Shown here one piece after another: positions 18,751 through 26,129 of a stretch of DNA of 64,000 nucleotides. This DNA is from an uncultured Actinomycetes bacterium (GTDB lineage Bacteria > Actinomycetota > Thermoleophilia > Gaiellales > Gaiellaceae). A program made the position numbers and the translations under genes. The notes beneath the pieces were generated by a model that worked only from the letters and a program-made list of their open reading frames with translations, had not been told where the DNA came from and searched no databases. The DNA lies in NCBI GenBank assembly GCA_963804935.1, contig CAWDSD010000026.1, positions 19,306 to 83,305 of the forward strand, written 5' to 3'. Within the stretch, counting starts at the first letter, position 1; each line of letters starts with the position of its first letter.

Positions 18751-19935
18751 TTAGTCGTCCCGCGGCACGAACAACGCGCGCGCTTCCGGGATGCGCGACC
18801 ACGGCGCGACCTCCACGACCTGGTTGACCGATCCCGAGCCGGTGCTCGCACGCACCTGGCGCAGGCCCTCCCGTAACCGAACATCCAGCTCGCCGCCGGC
18901 AGCGGGCAGGAGCTCGAGCTGCTCGCCGTCGTGCTCTGTCAGCTCGACGAGTTCGAGGCGAAGCTCGACCACCGGGGCCGGGAGCTCTGCGAGCTTCGGC
19001 CCGAGCGCAGCCTTGATGCGGTCGAGCTCGGTGGTTGGATCTCGCAGCGTCGCGCTGCGCCGCCACGAACCGCCACCGACGAGCCGAGCAGAAAGGGCGA
19101 GCTTCCGGACGAAGCGCGCTCCACGTTCAGGCCGGGCCATCAACGTCTCGACGAGGGCACCGAAAGCACGCCGCAGTGTCAGCTCGTTGCCGATCGCCTC
19201 CGGAAACTCGAGCGCCTCGACGATCTCTGCCGGCGGGCGCCGCCCGCGGACCCGCGACGACTTGCCGCCTCTCGCCAGGCCCCAGGCGCGCCGGCCGTCC
19301 GGCCCCAATCGTTCGGCCACGGCGCCACCCGGGAGCCCAGCAAGCTGTCCAACACTCTTCACCCCGAGCTCGTGCAGCTCCGCGCGACGGCTGGGCTCCA
19401 TCGGCACCAGCTCGAGCGGCAGCGGTGCGAGAAAGTCGCTCAGGCGCTCGTCGGAGACGACCAAAATCTGCCCGGGGCGCGCGACGTTCGCCGCGGCCAA
19501 AGCTGCGAACCGGCGCTGCGCTGCGCCCGCACGTGGATCCCAGGCAGTCCCGACGGCGGCGAGGGCGCGCTTGAGCGCAGGCTCCAGGCCGCCGTACAAC
19601 CTCTCCACCCCACGCGTCTCGAAATAGACGGAGCCGACTCCGGCCGGCTCGACCGAGAACCCCGAGTCTTCGAGCGCACGCAAGATGTCTTCCCACGCCT
19701 GCTCGGCTGCAGCAGGATCCTGCTCCACGAGCACGAGCTCCGGGCAGGTCGCGAGCGCCTCACCGAGCCGCATGCCCGGCCGGACGCCGAGCCGCTCCGC
19801 CTCGGCCGTCACCGGACCGAGGACGGGCTCCGTTCCGGCCACCGGCGAGAGCGCCGCAGGCCGCAGCGCGAGGCCCGGCTGCTTGCGCAGCGCTGCCCGC
19901 AACTCGAAGCCGGGGATGAGGAGGCAGGCGATCAT
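18751..19935 (-). CDS. imuB: ImuB-type Y-family DNA polymerase paralogue (non-catalytic)
   Basis: 394 aa with a Y-family fold pattern. The N-terminus MIACLLIPGFELRAAL lacks the DinB DxD..F catalytic start. LexA boxes upstream and dnaE2 nearby. Confidence 0.8.
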   Translation of the reverse strand: MIACLLIPGFELRAALRKQPGLALRPAALSPVAGTEPVLGPVTAEAERLGVRPGMRLGEALATCPELVLVEQDPAAAEQAWEDILRALEDSGFSVEPAGVGSVYFETRGVERLYGGLEPALKRALAAVGTAWDPRAGAAQRRFAALAAANVARPGQILVVSDERLSDFLAPLPLELVPMEPSRRAELHELGVKSVGQLAGLPGGAVAERLGPDGRRAWGLARGGKSSRVRGRRPPAEIVEALEFPEAIGNELTLRRAFGALVETLMARPERGARFVRKLALSARLVGGGSWRRSATLRDPTTELDRIKAALGPKLAELPAPVVELRLELVELTEHDGEQLELLPAAGGELDVRLREGLRQVRASTGSGSVNQVVEVAPWSRIPEARALFVPRDD

Positions 19936-19937
19936 GG

Positions 19938-19949
19938 GAACGTATGTTC
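19938..19949. promoter_or_regulatory. LexA (SOS) box 1, GAAC-N4-GTTC
   Basis: GAACGTATGTTC lies 3 nt upstream of the imuB ATG and matches the Cheo-type consensus CGAACRNRYGTTYC at most positions. Confidence 0.75.
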
Positions 19950-19975
19950 TACACGAACACCTGTTCCCCTGTCAA
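19946..19975 (-). promoter_or_regulatory. candidate imuB promoter (-35 TTGACA, -10 TAGAAC)
   Basis: On the minus strand: TTGACA (19975..19970), an 18-nt spacer containing box 2, then TAGAAC (19951..19946) inside box 1. The ATG follows 10 nt later, so the mRNA would be leaderless or nearly so. Confidence 0.5.
19955..19966. promoter_or_regulatory. LexA (SOS) box 2, GAAC-N4-GTTC
   Basis: cGAACACCTGTTCc, 17 bp centre-to-centre from box 1. Confidence 0.75.
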
Positions 19976-20126
19976 GGGGACGCCCTATTCCTGGTTTTGG
20001 GGGTCTGCGCCCTGGGAAAAGACGGAGAGATATCCCGGCTGGCCAAACGACCCGCTGGCCGGGATTCCCCTCGATGGGATATTGCCGTCAAGGGTTCTCT
20101 CGAGCCCTGTCGAAGACGATCACCCC

Positions 20127-21002
20127 ATGCGTGCCAGAGCGCTCCTTGCTCTGCCCCTGATCCTTGCCGCCGGGGCAATCACCCCCCGTGCCACGGCGGC
20201 CGATGCGGGCGTTGCCGCCCTTCAGGTCGGCCTGCACTCGCATGGGCTCTACAAGGGTCCGATCGACGGCATCACCGGCCCGGGGACCGCCAAGGCGATC
20301 CGCCTCCTGCAGAAGCGCGCCCACCTCACCGTCGACGGCGTCGTCGGGCCGAAGACGAGACGCGCGCTCGGCCACTTCGCCAAGCATCGGCTGGGCAGCC
20401 GCAAGCTTCTGATCGGGAACAGGGGCTGGGACGTGGCGTCGCTTCAGTTCCAGCTCGCAGAGCACGGCTTTCCCTCGGGCTCCTTCGACGGGATCTTCGG
20501 CCCGCATATCGACGCAGCGTTGCGGCGCTTCCAGGACTGGGCCGGGCTGAAGACGGACGGCGTCGCCGGCTCCGCGACGCTCGGCGCGCTCACCACTCCG
20601 CCGCCCACGATCCCGCTCCAGCTCGCCTGGCCGTTGGCGGCGCCGGTGCTCGGAGATCGCTTCGGCCCTCGCGGCGATCGCTGGCATTCCGGAATCGACC
20701 TGCCCGCCCCACTCGGTACGCCTGTCTACGCGGCCCGGTCGGGTCAGGTCGTGTGGGCGGGTTGGCGGGACGGCGGCTGGGGCTTCCTCGTGATCGTCGC
20801 CCACGGACGCGGTGAGCGGTCGATGTATGCCCACCTTTCCCGCATCGACGTCCGACTTGGTGTCTTCGTCGGCCGGGGAGTCCGCGTCGGCCTCATCGGC
20901 GCGACGGGTGACGCGACCGGGCCGCACCTGCACTTCGAAGTCCGCGTTCGCGGCGCCTCGGTCGATCCGTTGCGCGCGCTGCCTCTAGGAGAAGGTCACT
21001 AG
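20127..21002 (+). CDS. secreted peptidoglycan-binding M23 metallopeptidase
   Basis: Signal peptide MRARALLALPLILAAGAITPRATA, two PG_binding_1 repeats (GPIDGITGPGTAKAIRLLQ / FDGIFGPHIDAALRRFQ), and M23 motifs HSGIDL and GPHLHFEV. Confidence 0.85.
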   Translation: MRARALLALPLILAAGAITPRATAADAGVAALQVGLHSHGLYKGPIDGITGPGTAKAIRLLQKRAHLTVDGVVGPKTRRALGHFAKHRLGSRKLLIGNRGWDVASLQFQLAEHGFPSGSFDGIFGPHIDAALRRFQDWAGLKTDGVAGSATLGALTTPPPTIPLQLAWPLAAPVLGDRFGPRGDRWHSGIDLPAPLGTPVYAARSGQVVWAGWRDGGWGFLVIVAHGRGERSMYAHLSRIDVRLGVFVGRGVRVGLIGATGDATGPHLHFEVRVRGASVDPLRALPLGEGH

Positions 21003-22118
21003 AGCCGCGCGCATCCGCGATGCGCCTGTCGTGCACGCCCGTCGCGCCGGCTCCGGGCTTAGCTTCGTGCACCCTCGCTCGCGGAACGCGCCGTTCGTGA
21101 CCACTGACAGCGTCCGTCCGAGCCACTCGTAGCATCCCGCCCGCGCGTCTACCGTTATTCGTGAGCACGCGCGGATCAGCCGCAGTTGCGCCGGCGCACG
21201 GCCTGCCAGTGCCTGGTCGGGAACGCCCCGCAGACACGCCGACGCATCCGCCGCGCCGAGTCGCTCGCAGACATGCATCTGGTCGAAGGGATTCGACGAG
21301 ATGGTCAGAGCGGCGGCGCTGATGCAGCCGGAGCGCTCGAGTCCCTGCAACCCGCGGCAGTCACGCCGGAGGTCCGCCGCGTCGCGCACCGGCAGCGCGA
21401 GCGGCTGCTCCAGGAAGTACCTGTACCAGCAGGGCCTGATGTAAGTGAGGCGACCGTCGCAGAGCTTCCGCGGCGAGATCATTCGCTTCGGCGCGGTCGT
21501 GCCGTCGGCGCCCCGAAGCGAGATCCAGTAGTCGTGGAAGACGCCCTGCGCACAATCCGGTGCGTAGTCGCGCTGCAACGCCCGGCAGGCGCGCACCGCC
21601 TGGCCGAGATCGCCGTGATACGCCCGCAGCAACGCATGACCGAGACCGTGCACGCATGTGTACTGGCGGTACCTCGTCGGCAGTTCGGCGCACGTACGCA
21701 CTGCGGAAGCGCCGCCCGAGCGGATGATCTGCGGCCCGAGGTACATCACGAGCCCCATGCCGAAGCCGGCCGAGCAGTTGGGGTTGTTCGAACGAGGCAC
21801 GTAGCGCTGCAGGTTGCCGAGCGTGACGTGGTGGTCACGCGCGAACTCCCTCCCCACCTGGTGCATCAGCACGTGACAGCCCGCTTCAGCCGGCCCACCG
21901 ACCGCGGCGACGCGACGGTCGATCCGCGGGACTTCGCGCGCAGGATTGCCCGACGCTTCGATGTCGTTGCGAAGAAGCCTGACGTAGCAGTTGTACTGCG
22001 CCTCGACGTTGTGGATCTGCGTGCACTGCCAGAGCCAGGGCTTGCCGGCCGTACTGCCCGCTCTCGCCGGCACGACCAGGAGGGCTACCAGCCCGGCCAG
22101 GACGAGTACGACCTTCAC
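20985..22118 (-). CDS. secreted cysteine-rich repeat protein (no family recognised)
   Basis: GTG 22118 (GTGA overlap with the comB stop). Signal-like VKVVLVLAGLVALLVVPARAGS. 18 Cys arranged as 8 C-x9-11-C pairs 18-30 residues apart. Confidence 0.65.
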   Translation of the reverse strand: MKVVLVLAGLVALLVVPARAGSTAGKPWLWQCTQIHNVEAQYNCYVRLLRNDIEASGNPAREVPRIDRRVAAVGGPAEAGCHVLMHQVGREFARDHHVTLGNLQRYVPRSNNPNCSAGFGMGLVMYLGPQIIRSGGASAVRTCAELPTRYRQYTCVHGLGHALLRAYHGDLGQAVRACRALQRDYAPDCAQGVFHDYWISLRGADGTTAPKRMISPRKLCDGRLTYIRPCWYRYFLEQPLALPVRDAADLRRDCRGLQGLERSGCISAAALTISSNPFDQMHVCERLGAADASACLRGVPDQALAGRAPAQLRLIRACSRITVDARAGCYEWLGRTLSVVTNGAFRERGCTKLSPEPARRACTTGASRMRAALVTFS

Positions 22119-22792
22119 GAGTCGCGGATCTCCGCCGCAGGCCCGACCATCCCGACGAGCCGGGGCACGACATCGAGCACGTTCTCGCGCGCGCAGAAGG
22201 CAATGTCCTCTTCGAGACCCGGCGGGCCGTAGGTGCGCGCGTTGAACGCCTCGAGCGCGGTCGGGAAGGCGCGTGCGATCAGCTCGGACCCGATCGCGGC
22301 GTCGGTTCGGGAACCCTTCACGAGCTGGACGATACGCCCAGCGCAATACGCATCGTCGAGCGCGAACGCACCCTGAAATCCCGCGCAGGCGATCACCGTG
22401 TCGCGGCCGCCCACCGCCGCGGCAACTGCGTCGAGGTTGAGCAGGCTGCCGAGCACGACGTCGTCGCAATGCTCCGCCGTCTCGAGAATCGCGCGCGTCC
22501 CGTTCGTCGTCGTCAAGATCAGCGTCTCGGCGCGTGCCTCCAGGAACTCGCGCGGCGAAGCGCCGACGTCGAAGCCCTCGATCCGCACCGCCTTCCGCTC
22601 GCCGCCGACGAGCGAGCTCGGGAGCTCCGCCCTGAGCGCCCGAGCCTCGTCGATCCCGGCGCAGCAGAGGACACGCTCGTACCCCGCCGCAAGCGCCTGC
22701 GCAATCGTCGAGGTGGCACGGATCACGTCTACCACGATCCCCAATGGGGCAGGAGCCGTCTCGACGGGAGTGAAGGCGACGTCGATGTGCAT
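22115..22792 (-). CDS. comB: 2-phosphosulfolactate phosphatase (ComB) family protein
   Basis: 225 aa with VVDVIRATSTI, TTTNGTRAI and DDAYCAG patterns typical of ComB/YitC. Confidence 0.8.
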   Translation of the reverse strand: MHIDVAFTPVETAPAPLGIVVDVIRATSTIAQALAAGYERVLCCAGIDEARALRAELPSSLVGGERKAVRIEGFDVGASPREFLEARAETLILTTTNGTRAILETAEHCDDVVLGSLLNLDAVAAAVGGRDTVIACAGFQGAFALDDAYCAGRIVQLVKGSRTDAAIGSELIARAFPTALEAFNARTYGPPGLEEDIAFCARENVLDVVPRLVGMVGPAAEIRDS

Positions 22793-22812
22793 CCAACTAC
22801 GCTACTTCTGCC

Positions 22813-23670
22813 ATGGCTGAACCCGTCGAGCGGACCTGCTACCGCCACCCCGACCGGGTCACCGGGCTCTCCTGCTCCGAGTGCGGACGCCCCATTTGCA
22901 CGGAGTGCATGACGATGGCGCCCGTCGGGATTCGCTGTCCCGAGCACTCCGGCAAGCCGCAGGGCGTCCAGCGCCTGACCAAGGGAGCCCGGCGCGCGGC
23001 CTTCGAGGGCGCAGGCGCAAAGGCGACGAAGGCGCTGATCGGAATCAACGTCGCCGTCTACATCGCGGAGCTCGCCCAGGGGGGCGGCCTGTACGGCGTG
23101 CACAGCACGATCTACGAGAAGGGCTTCCTCTACGCGCCGTTCGTGGGACAAGGCGACTGGTGGCGGCTGGCGACGGCGGCGTTCCTGCACTACGGCCCCG
23201 TTCACCTCCTCCTCAACATGCTCGGCCTCTACTGGTTCGGGTCGCTCCTCGAGCAACGGATCGGCTCGGGCCGCTACCTGCTGATCTATTTCGTCTCGGG
23301 CCTCGCGGGATCGGCCGGCGCGCTCGTCCTCAGCCCCACGAGCGCGACCGTCGGCGCGTCCGGTGCGATCTTCGGGATCCTCGGCGCCGGGCTCGTCCTC
23401 GAACGGCAGCGGGACTACGTCTTCGGCGGCAGTGCGCTGGGGGTCATCGTCGCGAATCTCGTCCTCACGTTCGCGTGGAGCGGGAACATCTCGGTCGGCG
23501 GACATATCGGCGGGCTCATCGGCGGAGCCGCCGCGATGCTCGTCCTGACGCGCTTCGGCCGCGGAAACGCCGCGTACGGGCGCACAGGGCTGCTCGGGAT
23601 CGCCGGGATCGTCGCCGTCGGAGTGATCTCGATCGCCGTCGCCTACTGGAAGGCGAAGGGCTACGCCTAG
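22813..23670 (+). CDS. rhomboid-family intramembrane serine protease with N-terminal zinc ribbon
   Basis: CYRHPDRVTGLSCSECGRPICTEC...CPEH zinc ribbon, WWRLATAAFLHYGPVHLLLNM, GASGAIFG (catalytic Ser) and GGHIGGL (His). Confidence 0.85.
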   Translation: MAEPVERTCYRHPDRVTGLSCSECGRPICTECMTMAPVGIRCPEHSGKPQGVQRLTKGARRAAFEGAGAKATKALIGINVAVYIAELAQGGGLYGVHSTIYEKGFLYAPFVGQGDWWRLATAAFLHYGPVHLLLNMLGLYWFGSLLEQRIGSGRYLLIYFVSGLAGSAGALVLSPTSATVGASGAIFGILGAGLVLERQRDYVFGGSALGVIVANLVLTFAWSGNISVGGHIGGLIGGAAAMLVLTRFGRGNAAYGRTGLLGIAGIVAVGVISIAVAYWKAKGYA

Positions 23671-23683
23671 CGGGCGCGGCGCG

Positions 23684-23977
23684 ATGGCCACCGTCCTCGT
23701 GGATGCTGAGAACGTGCGCCGGTCGCTCTGGCCCAACATGCCCGGGGACGAGCTCGTCGAGCGAAGCAAGGCCTGGGGCGAACAGGAGGGTCACGAGGTG
23801 CAAGTCGTCTGGGAAGGCAGCGAGTCCGGAGACGATCAGATCGCGCGCCTCGCTCGCGAGCTCGACCCGCCCGTCTGGGTCGTGACGTCTGACCGCGAGC
23901 TCCGCGAGCGCGTACATGATCACGCGGAACGCATCATCGGCGGCGGCTCGTTCGCGAGAGAGCTGGCCGCGGACTAG
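23684..23977 (+). CDS. small NYN/YacP-like domain protein
   Basis: 97 aa. The pattern VLVDAENV ... VQVVWEG ... VWVVTSDRELRERV resembles a minimal YacP/NYN nuclease fold. Weak call. Confidence 0.5.
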   Translation: MATVLVDAENVRRSLWPNMPGDELVERSKAWGEQEGHEVQVVWEGSESGDDQIARLARELDPPVWVVTSDRELRERVHDHAERIIGGGSFARELAAD

Positions 23978-23985
23978 CGACCTAC

Positions 23986-24027
23986 CTCGTTCGAGGGAAC
24001 TCGTTCGAGGGAGCCTTGATCGAGGGA
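23986..24027 (+). repeat. direct repeats CTCGTTCGAGGGA x2 plus TTGATCGAGGGA upstream of the L,D-transpeptidase gene
   Basis: Copies at 23986..23998 and 24000..24012 are identical. A third partial copy lies at 24016..24027 and a degenerate copy at 23947..23960. Confidence 0.8.
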
Positions 24028-24046
24028 CTCTGCCGATCCACCTTGT

Positions 24047-24808
24047 GTGGGTCGATCGCTCTTTGCCCTCATCGCCGTCGTCTGCGTCGCAGCAGGCGCA
24101 GCCGCGTTCGCACCGACGACAGCCGTCGGTCGTGTTCAGCTCGACGCACCCGCAAAGAGCGGCGGTTGGGTGCAGGTACGACCTCAGCGGCCAAGGCCAG
24201 CGGGTCACGTGATCGTGCAGGTCCGCCCCGGTCACGCACTGGCACTTCGCAGCCGGCCGTTTGGCCCCGTGCTTGCCCGTGTGGGCTCGACGACCCAGTT
24301 CGGCTCGCCGCAGTCGTTCAGCGTCGTGGGCACGGAGCGCGGCCGCTGGCTCGCGGTCACCGAGGCCGGCGTCGGCAACAACCGTGTCGTCTGGGTCGAT
24401 GCACGCTCCGGCGGCCTGCGCTACGAGCGCACACGACTGGAGCTCGACGTCGATCTTTCGGCTCGAACTCTTACCGTCACGCGTGACGGCGCGGTCCTGC
24501 GCCGGCTCAGCGTCGGAGTCGGCCGCGCAGGATCGCCGACACCGACCGGCCGCTTCGCCGTGACCGACAAGCTGAGAGGCAGCGCGTACAGCGCGGCGTA
24601 CGGCTGTTGCATCCTCGCGCTCTCCGCAATCCAGCCGAACCTTCCTGCCGGCTGGAGCGGCGGCAACCGCATTGCCATTCACGGCACGCTTTCGGCCGGC
24701 GATTTCGGCCGAGCGGTCTCCGCCGGCTGTGTGCACGCACGCGACGCCGACCTGCGCTACCTGATGCGCGCAGTTCCGCTCGGCACCCCGGTCGTCATTC
24801 GACCGTAA
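24047..24808 (+). CDS. L,D-transpeptidase (YkuD domain)
   Basis: N-terminal TM/signal segment. YkuD motifs PTPTGRF, IAIHGT and SAGCVHA (catalytic Cys). GTG start. Confidence 0.85.
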   Translation: MGRSLFALIAVVCVAAGAAAFAPTTAVGRVQLDAPAKSGGWVQVRPQRPRPAGHVIVQVRPGHALALRSRPFGPVLARVGSTTQFGSPQSFSVVGTERGRWLAVTEAGVGNNRVVWVDARSGGLRYERTRLELDVDLSARTLTVTRDGAVLRRLSVGVGRAGSPTPTGRFAVTDKLRGSAYSAAYGCCILALSAIQPNLPAGWSGGNRIAIHGTLSAGDFGRAVSAGCVHARDADLRYLMRAVPLGTPVVIRP

Positions 24809-25921
24809 GCACCGCCTCGAGGCCGAGGAACGCACCGATGCGTTCCGCCTCGTCGGCCAGCGCCGTGCGCTCGCCTTTGTCGAGCGATCGCGCCGGGCGC
24901 ACGCGCAGCTCGACCTGCTTCGCCTTCTTCTTACGCTCCCAGAGCCCGGCTGCGATGCCGTCGATCAGCAGAAAGCGAACGCCCGCCGGTCCCTCGTACT
25001 TCCCCCGACCGTGTGCTGCAATCTGTGCTCGCGTCTCGTCGGGCACCAGGTGGTCGCGCTCGCGGAAGCCCATGATGTACGCGTCGTACTCGGGCAGAAG
25101 CCGGACACTCACCACCGGCTCGGGAAAGTGGGTGTCTCCCGCGACGACGTACGCGTGGTGTCCTTCGACCTCGACCTCCTCGAGGTCGCCGAGCGACTCG
25201 AAGAGCGCACGCGCGTCCGCAGTCTTGAAGGTTGCGGGGCCGAACCACTCGCGGAACTCATTCGGCCGAGCCGGACCGTAGGTGTGGAGGTAGCGGCGGC
25301 AGACCTCGCGGAGCGCTTCCTCGGGGTCGACCTCCTGCCAGCCCTCGACCCATTGGTCGGGCCTGGCGAACGTGACCTTGTTTCCCTGCGGCGGGCCCTG
25401 GCAGACGTCGCTCAGGAAGAAGGCGAAGCCGGAGCGCAACCGTTCGCGCGCGGCCGGCGGCGTTCGCCCGGCCACCTCCTCGACGAGCTCCTCACGCAGC
25501 AGGCAGCGCCCGTCGAGCGCCGCGGCGAACCGCAGCGGAGACGGCTTCGACCTCGCCCCCTGACAGCGCCGGATGAAGCGCGCCCGCCGGATCGCGCCAC
25601 GGCGGTAGGCCTTCCCCGTCGCCGGTCGTCCATGGCGCTCCGCGCCGCGTACCAGAGCGGCAGCTCGGCGGCAGGATGCAGGTGGAGCGTGCCGCGAACC
25701 GTCCACGCCTTGACCAGCGTGCGATCGCGCCACAACGCATCGCGGACGTCCTGCTGGACGATTCCGTCGACGCGGGCGTTCAGGGAGAGCTCGGCCGCGG
25801 CCTGGACCTGCGCGTGGATCCCACACGTGTTGTGCGCAACCTCGACGACGCCCTCCGGCCCTGCCCGTCCCGTCACGAAGCTCCTGGCGAGTCGCCGCGC
25901 ACGAACCTCGTTCCAGGTGAT
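24795..25921 (-). pseudogene. disrupted winged-helix DNA glycosylase gene (YcaQ/AlkZ family)
   Basis: N-terminal part (ITWNEVRARRLARSF...GIHAQ...LVKAWTVRGTLHLHPAAELPLWYAA) is in the frame of ORF 25412..25876. The C-terminal part (AAALDGRCLLREELVEEV ... to the end) is in the frame of ORF 24795..25826. A protein-like middle piece (LSGGEVEAVSAAV) is in a third frame. The expected ATG reads ATC at 25921..25919. Confidence 0.6.
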
Positions 25922-25931
25922 CGCTCTTCAG

Positions 25932-26129
25932 CTAGAAGAACCGCTCACGGTCGATGAGCTTGCCGCCGTTGATGAACCACAAGGCGCCTTGCTGGAGAAT
26001 CTGCACATGCGCCGCTGCGGGGTCGTCCTCCGTGTGCTCCTCGCGGTACTCCGAGATCCAGGTCCGCACCTCCTCATCGGACTTGACCCGCGCCACGCGG
26101 TCGCCGTCGACGAGGATCGCGTAGCTCAT
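25932..26129 (-). CDS. hypothetical 65-aa protein coupled to ppdK
   Basis: MSYAILVDGDRVARVKSDEEVRTWISEYREEHTEDD... The ATG shares one base with the ppdK stop (TGATG). No family recognised. Confidence 0.45.
   Translation of the reverse strand: MSYAILVDGDRVARVKSDEEVRTWISEYREEHTEDDPAAAHVQILQQGALWFINGGKLIDRERFF

Noticed and set aside
19967-20126. ydaO/c-di-AMP riboswitch upstream of the M23 peptidase.
   Set aside because: The context fits, but apart from a GGGGACGCCC stretch I could not find the conserved ydaO core elements. This needs cmsearch before any call.
23986-24027. CRISPR-like arrays at the short tandem repeats (also 60430..60457).
   Set aside because: There are only 2-3 copies of 13-14 bp units with 0-3 bp between them, no spacers and no cas genes.
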